A DNA stretch of 64,000 nucleotides from a virus. The notes below the pieces were generated by a model. It had not been told where the DNA came from. It worked only from the letters and a program-made list of their open reading frames with translations, and ran no database searches. Shown one piece after another: positions 10,704 through 20,500 of this stretch. Both the position numbers and the translations under genes were made by a program. The stretch spans positions 4,966 to 68,965 of the IMG/VR virus record IMGVR_UViG_3300032116_000147, one strand, 5' to 3'. Numbering within the stretch: the stretch's first letter is position 1; each line of letters starts with the position of its first letter.

Positions 10704-11651
10704 ATGGAGAAAATTTTAGTAGAAAACCCGAACAGGTTTGTTATCTTCCCAATAGAACATAATGATATATGGGAATATTATAAGATGCATCAAGCCGCTT
10801 TTTGGACGGCAGAAGAAATTGATTTAAGTGGTGACCTACGTGATTGGGAAAACTTATCAGAGAATGAACAGTATTTTGTAAAAAATATTTTATCATTTTT
10901 TGCAGCGTCTGATGGTATTGTTAATGAAAATTTAGCGGAGAATTTCTACCGTGAAGTACAATATCCTGAAGCAAAATTCTTTTACGGAATCCAACTTGCT
11001 ATGGAAAATATTCATTCATTAATGTATTCATTATTGATTGATACATATATTTCAAACGAACAAGAAAAACAATTATGTTTTACCGCATTGGATAATCTTC
11101 CTGCGGTTCAAAAGAAAGCTAAATGGGCTTTGGATTGGATTGAAAACGCATCTTTTGAAGAGAGATTAGTTGCTTTCGCAGCTGTTGAAGGTATCTTCTT
11201 CTCAGGTTCATTCTGTTCAATATTTTGGTTAAAATCTCGTGGTATTATGCAAGGTTTGTGTAATGCTAATTCATTAATCTTTAAAGATGAGAATTTACAT
11301 TGTGATTTTGCGATTCATTTGTTAAACAATCATATTGAAAACAAACCAAGTGAAAAGAGAATTAAAGAAATTCTACTTTCAGCTCTTGAAATTGAAAAAG
11401 AATTCATCACTGAATCATTACCTGTTTCTTTAATTGGTATGAACCAAAACTTAATGAAACAATATCTTGAGTTTGTTGTTGATGGTTTATTGGTAAAGTT
11501 TGGATGTAAAAAACAATTTAATGTTGAACAACCATTTAAGTTCATGGAACAAATTGCGGTTGAAACAAAAGGTAATTTCTTCGAGTCAAGAACCGTTGAA
11601 TACCAAAAAGCTAAATTGAACGAAACATTGTCCTTTACTGACGATTTCTAA
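10704..11651 (+). CDS. nrdB: Ribonucleotide reductase class Ia beta subunit
   Basis: [30 protein letters not shown] (radical Tyr), [19 protein letters not shown]. Confidence 0.97.
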   Translation: MEKILVENPNRFVIFPIEHNDIWEYYKMHQAAFWTAEEIDLSGDLRDWENLSENEQYFVKNILSFFAASDGIVNENLAENFYREVQYPEAKFFYGIQLAMENIHSLMYSLLIDTYISNEQEKQLCFTALDNLPAVQKKAKWALDWIENASFEERLVAFAAVEGIFFSGSFCSIFWLKSRGIMQGLCNANSLIFKDENLHCDFAIHLLNNHIENKPSEKRIKEILLSALEIEKEFITESLPVSLIGMNQNLMKQYLEFVVDGLLVKFGCKKQFNVEQPFKFMEQIAVETKGNFFESRTVEYQKAKLNETLSFTDDF

Positions 11652-11671
11652 TTTATTATTCTTATAGAACT

Positions 11672-14104
11672 ATGATGTCACTTAAAATTAAAAAGAGAAG
11701 TGGAGATGATGCGTCATTTAATCCACAGAAAATTTATAACCGTATTAAAAGAGCTTCAAAAGGGTTGAGTGTCAACTCCGATGAAATCTTTATTAAAGTT
11801 ATCACTTCAGTACCAACTGAAGGTATTATTACAACAAAAGAATTAGATAAGTTAATCTATGAAATTGCGGCAGCATTTACAGGTAGTCATCATGATTACT
11901 CAAGATTGGCTTCATCAGTTGCTATTTCATCTTATCATAAAGAAACTGACCCAAGTTTCTCAAATACTATGCATTTGTTACATGATGAAGGAATTATCAA
12001 TGATAAATTAATGGAAACCATTGAGTCATACGGACCTTCTAACATTGATGATGTTATTAATCATGATAATGATTATAACTTTGATTATTTTGCTTGGAGG
12101 TCACTTGCTGAGATGTATCTTTTGAAGTTATCGGATGGTATAGTAGTTGAACGTCCTCAACATATGTATATGAGAGTTGCTCTTTGGGTTACTAATACAT
12201 TTGAAGAGGCGGTTGAGTATTATCAAGCGTTATCAAATCAAAGAATTTCACCGGCAACACCAATTATGATTAACGCTGGAACTAAAACACCGCAATTAGC
12301 GTCTTGTGTACTTCATTATAATGATTCAGATTCTCGTGAGGGATTACTGAACACTATGAGAGACATCTCAACGTACTCATCGGACGCTGCGGGTATCGGA
12401 CTATCAATGTCTAACATTCGTAGTAAAGAGAGTCGTATTTCATCTTCGGGTGGATATGCTGGTGGACTTTTAAAGTATTTGAAGATTGTTAACGAATCAC
12501 TTCGTTTCTTTAATCAACAAGGACGTAGACCTGGTTCTGCGGCAATCTACTTGGAACCTTGGCATAAAGATATCATGGATTTATTGGAGATTAAAAAGAA
12601 CACAGGTGCTGAAGAATTGAGAGCTCGTGATTTGTTTACAGCACTTTGGATTCCCGACAACTTTATGAGAGCGGTTAAGGATAATGATGATTGGTATTTG
12701 TTTTGTCCTAATGACATTAAAAAGGCTGGTATCAAACCGTTACAAGAAAGTTATGGTAACGAGTATGAAGAAAATTATAAGTTGGCGGTAAACATGGGTC
12801 TTGGTAAAAAAGTTAAGGCTCAAGAAATTTGGAATAAGATTATTGAATCACAAATTGAAACAGGTGTTCCATATCTATGTTCTAAAGATAGTGCGAACAA
12901 AAAGACAAACCATCAGAATATTGGCGTTATCAAACAATCAAATCTTTGTAATGAAATTTATCAGTATACTGATGAAGACACAACTGCAATCTGTACTTTA
13001 TCATCTATGGTGTTAAAGAACTACGTTAAAGATAAAGAGTTTGATTTTCAGGGGTTATATGAAGAAACACGTAAGGTTGTAAGAGCGTTGAACAAGGTTG
13101 TTAACATTAACAACTACTCAACTGAGAAAGGACGTAAAGGTGGATTGTATCAAAGAGCAATCGCTATTGGAACTCAAGGACTTGCAGACGTATTCTATTT
13201 AATGGATTATATTTTTACATCTGAAGAAGCTCGTAAGTTAAATAAAGAAATATTTGAAACAATTTATTTTGCGGCAATCACTGAAAGTAACAGATTGTGT
13301 ATGGATGGTAAATATGAACCATACGCTTACTTTAAGGGTTCACCTATGTCAGAAGGAGTATTCCAATTTGATATGTGGGGTTTAAATAACAATGATTTAT
13401 CAGGAAGATGGTCTTGGGATGTTCTAAAAGAGAATGTTAAAAAATATGGTGTTTGTAACTCTTTATTCACGGCTCAAATGCCTGTAGCATCTTCAGCTAA
13501 GATTACAGGTTCATATGAAATGACAGAACCCGCTCACTCGGCAATCTTTAACAGACGTGTTGTCGGTGGGGAGATTATGATTGTAAACAAATACTTAATT
13601 AACGATTTTGAAAAGATTGGTATTTGGTCTGAAGATTTGAAAAACGAAATCATTATGAATGAAGGGTCGGTACAAGGAATTAACTTCTTGAATTATTTGG
13701 ACCCTGAAGATAAAAGATATAATTTTAAAGTTAATCGAATTGAAAGATTGATTGAAAAGTATAAAACAATTTGGGAGATTTCACAAAAATCCTTGATTGA
13801 GATGGCGGCTGACAGAGCACCATTTATTGACCAATCACAATCAATGAATATTTATATGGGTAACCCAACTTTGTCCAAGATTTCATCATCACATTTTTAT
13901 GGGTGGGAAAAAGGATTGAAAACACTTTGTTATTATGTTAGAACAAAGGCAATTTCAACAGGAGCAAAACACTTAGCAATTGATACTTCAAAAGTTAATA
14001 AACCAAAACCAACTCCTGAACCACCAACGGTAGATTACAGTTATATGAATTTACCAGACAAACCTGAAAATAGTAACTTTGATTGTTTTGGATGTTCTTC
14101 TTAA
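11672..14104 (+). CDS. nrdA: Ribonucleotide reductase class Ia alpha subunit with N-terminal ATP cone
   Basis: ERPQHMYMRVA, SPATP, QLASC, QQGRRPG, SNLCNEI, CTLSS, MPVASS, DQSQSMN, KTLCYY, C-terminal CFGCSS. Confidence 0.97.
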   Translation: MMSLKIKKRSGDDASFNPQKIYNRIKRASKGLSVNSDEIFIKVITSVPTEGIITTKELDKLIYEIAAAFTGSHHDYSRLASSVAISSYHKETDPSFSNTMHLLHDEGIINDKLMETIESYGPSNIDDVINHDNDYNFDYFAWRSLAEMYLLKLSDGIVVERPQHMYMRVALWVTNTFEEAVEYYQALSNQRISPATPIMINAGTKTPQLASCVLHYNDSDSREGLLNTMRDISTYSSDAAGIGLSMSNIRSKESRISSSGGYAGGLLKYLKIVNESLRFFNQQGRRPGSAAIYLEPWHKDIMDLLEIKKNTGAEELRARDLFTALWIPDNFMRAVKDNDDWYLFCPNDIKKAGIKPLQESYGNEYEENYKLAVNMGLGKKVKAQEIWNKIIESQIETGVPYLCSKDSANKKTNHQNIGVIKQSNLCNEIYQYTDEDTTAICTLSSMVLKNYVKDKEFDFQGLYEETRKVVRALNKVVNINNYSTEKGRKGGLYQRAIAIGTQGLADVFYLMDYIFTSEEARKLNKEIFETIYFAAITESNRLCMDGKYEPYAYFKGSPMSEGVFQFDMWGLNNNDLSGRWSWDVLKENVKKYGVCNSLFTAQMPVASSAKITGSYEMTEPAHSAIFNRRVVGGEIMIVNKYLINDFEKIGIWSEDLKNEIIMNEGSVQGINFLNYLDPEDKRYNFKVNRIERLIEKYKTIWEISQKSLIEMAADRAPFIDQSQSMNIYMGNPTLSKISSSHFYGWEKGLKTLCYYVRTKAISTGAKHLAIDTSKVNKPKPTPEPPTVDYSYMNLPDKPENSNFDCFGCSS

Positions 14105-14119
14105 AAAATCCGATGTGTT

Positions 14120-14148
14120 ATCCCGAGCTAGGTCGGGATTTTTATTTT
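14120..14148 (+). terminator. Intrinsic terminator after nrdA
   Basis: ATCCCGA-GCTAGG-TCGGGAT hairpin followed by TTTTATTTT. Confidence 0.8.
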
Positions 14149-14165
14149 AACAAGTATTTATCTAT

Positions 14166-14942
14166 ATGTCTAATATAATACAAGAAGAAATTGAAAAGAT
14201 ACGAAAAATGATGCTCTTGGAAAACATGGTACAAGAGGATGGTTTTAAGGCTCTAAAAGAAACAATAAAAGAACTTTCTAAAAAGAAAAAAGTACTTTTA
14301 TTAAGTTGCTCAAACCGATTCAATTGGGATGAGAATAATATTGATACACCAAAGTCCAAAATTTTAGCAATGTATCTTAAAGAAGAACTTGGTGATAAAT
14401 GTGTTTTCATGGATGTATCAGAATTAAAGATATTTCCTTGTGAGGGGAATGTATCAAGAGAAGAAGGTAATAGTTGTGGAGTGTTAAAGTCGTTATTGAA
14501 AGATGATAAAAAAAATCCATCGGGAAATCATAGATGTTGGGCGAGTTTAAATAATAAATCAGATGAATTATGGAAGGTTTCAAAAGAACTTTTTGAATCA
14601 GATGTTGTATTATTTTTTAGTTCAGTTAGATGGGGTCAGGCTAATATGTTTTATCAAAATCTAATAGAAAGATTAACTTGGATTCAAAATAGACATTCCA
14701 CTTTAGGTGAAAAAAACACAGTTGAAAATATTGAAAGTGGTTTTATATGTGTAGGTCAGAATTGGAATGGTGAAAATGTTACAGATGTACAAAAAAAAGT
14801 ACATGAGTTTTATGGGTTTAAACCTAATGAGAAGTTATATTGGAATTGGCAGTATACAAAAGATGAAAATGATGAGACCCAAAAATCATATAAAAAAAGT
14901 TATAATAAATTTTATAAAGATTTTAAAATTAATGAAAAATAA
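14166..14942 (+). CDS. Flavodoxin-fold protein, NADPH-dependent FMN reductase / iron-sulfur flavoprotein family
   Basis: LLLSCSNR, PKSKILA, IFPCEG..SCG..HRCW..D Cys cluster, ESDVVLFFSSVRWG, LIERL. Confidence 0.75.
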   Translation: MSNIIQEEIEKIRKMMLLENMVQEDGFKALKETIKELSKKKKVLLLSCSNRFNWDENNIDTPKSKILAMYLKEELGDKCVFMDVSELKIFPCEGNVSREEGNSCGVLKSLLKDDKKNPSGNHRCWASLNNKSDELWKVSKELFESDVVLFFSSVRWGQANMFYQNLIERLTWIQNRHSTLGEKNTVENIESGFICVGQNWNGENVTDVQKKVHEFYGFKPNEKLYWNWQYTKDENDETQKSYKKSYNKFYKDFKINEK

Positions 14943-15105
14943 AATTGGATTTTATAAATATGAAAATTCATTTATTAAATCTAATTATGAGTTACCTTAT
15001 TATCCTATAAATGAGTCAATTTTAAAAAATTTAAAACATTTAAAATACGATATGGAAAATAACAAATTTAAAAAAATAAATGGAAAACTTGTAGTTTTAA
15101 TTTAA
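14932..15105 (+). CDS. Small hypothetical protein (57 aa, MKNKIGFY...)
   Basis: In-frame ATG at 14932 within track ORF 14767..15105, overlapping the end of the upstream gene; fills the gap to gp25. Confidence 0.4.
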   Translation: MKNKIGFYKYENSFIKSNYELPYYPINESILKNLKHLKYDMENNKFKKINGKLVVLI

Positions 15106-15121
15106 TTGGTATTTATCTGAT

Positions 15122-15580
15122 ATGGCTCAAGGAACAACATACGGTATTAATTTTCCTTTTAGGGATTCTTTATATGGTAATTATTTAAGTTTATCTGCAA
15201 CAAATGATGAAGAAATAAGGTCAAGTTTAATTCACTTAATTTTAACTCGAAAGGGTTCAAGATATTATTTACCTGATTTTGGTACTAGACTTTACGAATT
15301 TATTTTTGAACCTTTAGACGGACCTACTTTTAGTGATATTGAGTCTGAAATACGTGATTCTGTTGAAATGTATTTACCAAATATTACCATTACAAATATT
15401 GAAATAAAAGATGCGTCACAAGGTTTGGAAAATAAAGGTACAACAGTAAATGATAATGATGAGAGAGAATATAGAGTTCCTGGAATTTCACAGTTAGAAC
15501 ACACTGCTAAAATCAAAATAGATTATGTGGTTAATAATACAGTTTTCGGCTCGAGTGATTTTATAATAATTAATATTTAA
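15122..15580 (+). CDS. Baseplate wedge subunit, gp25/GPW family
   Basis: LILTRKGSRYYLPDFGTRLYEFIFEP signature. Confidence 0.92.
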   Translation: MAQGTTYGINFPFRDSLYGNYLSLSATNDEEIRSSLIHLILTRKGSRYYLPDFGTRLYEFIFEPLDGPTFSDIESEIRDSVEMYLPNITITNIEIKDASQGLENKGTTVNDNDEREYRVPGISQLEHTAKIKIDYVVNNTVFGSSDFIIINI

Positions 15581-15586
15581 TAGTAT

Positions 15587-17425
15587 ATGGCTAACAAAAA
15601 AATTTCGTATACAACCAGAGATTTTCAACAAATCAGAACAGAGTTAATAAATTTTACAAGAACTTATTACCCTGAATTAATTGATAATTTCAATGATGCA
15701 TCTATTTTCTCAGCACTTTTAGATTTAAACGCTGCGGTAACTGATAATTTACAGTTCAATATTGATAGAAGTATACAAGAAACTGTATTACAATACGCTC
15801 AACAAAAATCATCAATTTATAATATCGCTAGAACTTACGGATTAAAAATTCCGGGTCAAAGACCTTCAGTGGCTTTAGTTGATTTTTCTATTACAGTTCC
15901 GGCTTTTGGGGATAAAGAAGATTTGAGATACTGTGGTATACTTAGAAGAGGGTCTCAAGCACAAGGTGCTGGACAAATTTTTGAAACTGTATATGATATT
16001 GATTTTGCATCACCAACAAATGCTGAAGGTTATCCTAATAGATTAAAAATTCCTAATTTTGATTCTAATAATACATTAATTAATTATACTATTGTAAAAA
16101 GAGAAACCGTTGTTAACGGATTAACTAAAGTTTACAAAAGAGTTATTACAGCAAATGATGTAAAACCATTTTATGAATTGTTTTTACCTGATAAAAATGT
16201 TTTAGGTGTTACAAGTGTTTTATTAAAAGATGGAACACAATATGCGAATGTACCAACAACTCAAGAATTTTTAGGTTTAGATAATAGATGGTATGAAGTA
16301 CAAGCTTTGGCTGAAGATAGAGTATTTGTTGAAGACCCTACAAAAGTATCTGATAATCCAGGTGTAAAAGTAGGTAGATATCTACAAACAAGTACTAAAT
16401 TTATTACTGAATTTACACCTGAAGGATTTTTAAAGATGACTTTTGGTGGAGGTACACAATCGGCTGATGAACAATTAAGAGAGTTTGCTCGAAATGGGTA
16501 TCAACTAAATCTGTACAAATATTCAAATAATTTTGCTTTAGGGTCGACTTTAAAATCTAATACAACATTATTTGTTCAATATCGTGTTGGTGGAGGTACA
16601 TCAACTAATTTAGGTGTTAATGTAATAACACAAATTGGTACAGTTTCTTTTTATGTTAATGGACCTTCAGAAAATATTAATACTTCAGTAATAAATTCTT
16701 TACGTTGTACAAATGTAACTGCTGCAATCGGAGGAGCAAATAATCCTACAACAGAAGAAGTACGAAATTATGTAACTTATAATTTTGCGGCTCAAAATAG
16801 AGCGGTTACTGTAAATGACTATGAATCTATTATAAGAAATATGCCTTCACAATTTGGAGCACCAGCGAAGGTTGCGATTGTTGAAGATAATAATAAAATA
16901 AAAATAAAAATGTTATCTTTTGATAATACAGGAACTTTGACTGAAGTTATTTCTAATACATTAAAAAATAATGTTGCGAATTACCTATCAAATTATCGAA
17001 TGATTAATGATTATATTTCTATTGAAAGTGCTAATGTGATTGATTTATCGGTTACAGTTGATGTTGTTTTAGACAATAGTCAAAATCAAGGTAGTGTCAT
17101 ATCTCAGATAATTAATATTGTATCAGAATTTTTTAGTCCTGCGGTTAGAAACATGGGTGAAAACATATATATTTCTGATTTAAGAAGATATATACAAGAT
17201 GAAAATGGAGTTATCTCTGTTACTAATATTTTATTTTTTAATAAGGTCGGAGGTCAATATTCGTCTTCTCAAACATCTCAATCGTATTCAGATAGTACAA
17301 CTAAAGAAATACAACCAGTTGATGATACAATATTTGCAGAACCAAGTCAAACCTATCAAATTCGGTTCCCAAATAAAGATATTAATATAAGAGTTAAAAA
17401 TTTATCTACTGTTAATTTTTCTTGA
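15587..17425 (+). CDS. Baseplate wedge protein, T4 gp6 / baseplate J-like
   Basis: RDFQQIRTEL, YRVGGG..N, AAIGGA, AQNRAVTVNDY; directly after gp25. Confidence 0.88.
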   Translation: MANKKISYTTRDFQQIRTELINFTRTYYPELIDNFNDASIFSALLDLNAAVTDNLQFNIDRSIQETVLQYAQQKSSIYNIARTYGLKIPGQRPSVALVDFSITVPAFGDKEDLRYCGILRRGSQAQGAGQIFETVYDIDFASPTNAEGYPNRLKIPNFDSNNTLINYTIVKRETVVNGLTKVYKRVITANDVKPFYELFLPDKNVLGVTSVLLKDGTQYANVPTTQEFLGLDNRWYEVQALAEDRVFVEDPTKVSDNPGVKVGRYLQTSTKFITEFTPEGFLKMTFGGGTQSADEQLREFARNGYQLNLYKYSNNFALGSTLKSNTTLFVQYRVGGGTSTNLGVNVITQIGTVSFYVNGPSENINTSVINSLRCTNVTAAIGGANNPTTEEVRNYVTYNFAAQNRAVTVNDYESIIRNMPSQFGAPAKVAIVEDNNKIKIKMLSFDNTGTLTEVISNTLKNNVANYLSNYRMINDYISIESANVIDLSVTVDVVLDNSQNQGSVISQIINIVSEFFSPAVRNMGENIYISDLRRYIQDENGVISVTNILFFNKVGGQYSSSQTSQSYSDSTTKEIQPVDDTIFAEPSQTYQIRFPNKDINIRVKNLSTVNFS

Positions 17426-17501
17426 TAATTTATTTATTATAATAAGTTAGTATCTTTTTATGAAAATTGGGTAATAAACTATTTATCAAAAAAAAGATAT
17501 A

Positions 17502-20500
17502 ATGTCAAATTCATATAGGATTAGAACACAAGTTGGTGTTGATAAATCAATTAAGGTAAATTTAGAACAAGAGTTTGAATCTCTTGAAATTTTATCTTTA
17601 AAAATATTACAATCAGACATTTACGCTAGACAATGTTCAGATTATGGGGTAATTGTTGGTAGAATTACTGCTAACAATGGGTATGGTATACCAAATTGTA
17701 AAGTTTCTATTTTTATACCTTTAACAAGTGAGGATGAAGTTAATTTAGTAACAACTGAACTTTATCCATACAAGACATTATCGGAATTAAATGATGATGG
17801 TATTAGATATAATCTTTTACCATATACACAACAACATGGAGGTCACGTACCAACAGGAACATTCCCAACGAGAGAAGATGTTTTAACAAATCCTCAAGTT
17901 CAAGAAGTATACGACAAATATTATAAGTATAGTGTTCAAACCAATGAAAGTGGTGACTATATGATATTTGGAGTACCAGTCGGGAATCAAACATTACATG
18001 TTGATATTGATTTATCAGATATTGGTGAATTTTCATTATCACCTCAAGATTTAATTCGTACAAGTAATACAACAGAAGGAAAAGTTAATGGTACACAATT
18101 TAAAAGTTCAAATAACTTAAGTGATTTACCTCAAATTTTAACAATAAATAGAACTGTAGAGGTTGAACCTTTGTGGGGACAACCTGAAATTTGTAATTTA
18201 GGTATTACAAGAACTGACTTTGATATTTTAGAAGAGTTTGGAATTAAGATTGAACCTTGTGCAATATTTTTAGGGTCTATTTTTTCAAATAGTGATGAAT
18301 ATGTTCAAAAACAAAATTGTAAGGTAAATAAAAATTTGGGGGATAAATGTGCATTAACAACAGGACCTGGGGAAATTTTAGCGATAAGACAAACCATTTA
18401 CAGAGATTCTAATGGAAGACCAATTTTAGAATCACACACATTAGAACAAGGTGGTAAATGTATTGACGAAAATGGTGCATGGTTGATTAATTTACCTATG
18501 AACTTGGATTATATATATACTAATGAATATGGTGAAAAAAGTATTTCGACTGACCCTAAAATAGGGTTACCGACAAAGGCTAAATATAGATTCAAAGTAA
18601 AGTGGTCACAGCCACCAAATTTATCAGATTCTGTAAGAAGAGCCTATTTTTTAATTCCGAATATAAAAGAATGGGGATGGGACGCACAAGAAGACCCTTT
18701 TTCAGATGGTTATACAGACCCGACATATCTTGAGAACTTTTTTATTACTAACTGTAATCCACCAGATTCAGTTAGTTTGGATAATGGGTATTATAAAGCC
18801 GCAAAGGCTTCATACGCATTTAGTTTAGATTGGTTAGATTATGGTCAAAGGGCTAGTAATGGTAATTTAACAACAATTGGATTACAAATGGTTGAGGAAG
18901 CTATAAAATGTGAGGATAGATTTTATGAAATGTCTTATAATAAAGTATATTCAGTATCACAACTTATGTCTGAATATGCTAAAGGACCTGCCAACAAAAG
19001 ATATATTGCAATTAAAGAAATTACTAGTTCTGAATGTGTTGGTCCTGTAAATACTCCACCGGCTACGGATGTTCAATATAGACCGAGTGCGTTATATGGT
19101 TTAGCGAGTTATTTTCTAAGAATAATTTCAATAATATTATTTCCAATTATAGTAGTTTTTCACATTGTAAAAGCTATTTTAACACTATTTTTAGCACTCG
19201 TTATTTTTATCCAATTTATAATTTGTGAACTTGCTGGTATTGAAATTTTGGGAGTATCTCCATTTGGATTTTTAAATGAACCGTGTGATAAATTAACTGA
19301 ATTTAGAAATCAATTAGAAGAATTACTTTTTGATGGTTTTACTTTAAATTTACCACTTTATTTACCTGGAGAATGTGAGTTTTGCGATTGTTCGATTTCA
19401 GATTCAACAGGTGAGGATGTATCAAATGCACCTGGTGTTTCAGACGCTTTAAATAATACTAATGTATCGTGTTTATCTAAATTTTACTCACCATCTACAT
19501 TTGAAAATTGTTTACCGTATCCTAGTTATGTAAAATTTTTATTTTCAGGTAATCAATCACAAAATAATGGAAGTGCTACCGCACATGCCCCAACATTACA
19601 AGAATTAGATGACAATAATGTTTTTTTCACATCAAGTTTAACAATACCTGAAAGACTTAATTTATTTAATACTAAGGCGAAATATTTTGATGAAAGTGGA
19701 GATAATCCTGGAGGTGGATGGAATAGAATTAAAGTTTCATTTGATGTTAACCAAAATGACCCAAACACACAATGGCACTTAGATAATGTGGTTGCTTTAG
19801 TTATAAATCCAGTTTGTGATTTGGATTTATCAATTGGAAATTTACTTTCATTTCAAAATTTAGAACAATCAAATGACCCAAATCTATATGAAGGTCCGTT
19901 AAATAGTTATGGTAATAATTCTGTAACAGGTACCCCAATAGGTACTCTTATATCTGTTGGTGAGACTGAATTTTACCAAACTAACGTTAATTTAACTTGG
20001 GCTAAACCTGATGGTTCGGGTAATAATTCGACAATTTATACTATTAATCAAGATTCAAACGATATAAATTATTTAAAATTCCCAACAGATGTTGAATATT
20101 TTCAAATTATACATAAATCAACAGTACAAAATTTTATTGATAATAGTGACCCTAATAACCCAGATTCATTTGCTAATAGATTTTTAAATAATTATAATGT
20201 GATTATTAAACTGAATGATACTCAAGGGGAAACCCGTACATCTTATCATTCACCATGTGCTACTGATTTTTTAAATCAAATTGTTGTTTTTGTAGTTCGT
20301 GGAGTTGACCCTAATTCTTCGAGAGTAAATTGTCAAATAGATTTAAGTAGGTTATATGGATTTAATACCGATTTTTTAACAACTTGGGGTAACTCTTCAT
20401 ATGTCATACAGGAAGATTTAAAATTAAATATACCTGTACAAGGAAGTTTTAAAAATGTAAGACATAGTCCGTTATTAGATAACACAACTATAGACCCGTA

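Noticed and set aside
9316-14104. Introns or inteins in helicase, nrdB or nrdA
   Set aside because: ORFs are continuous, of normal length, and show no intein or homing endonuclease motifs.
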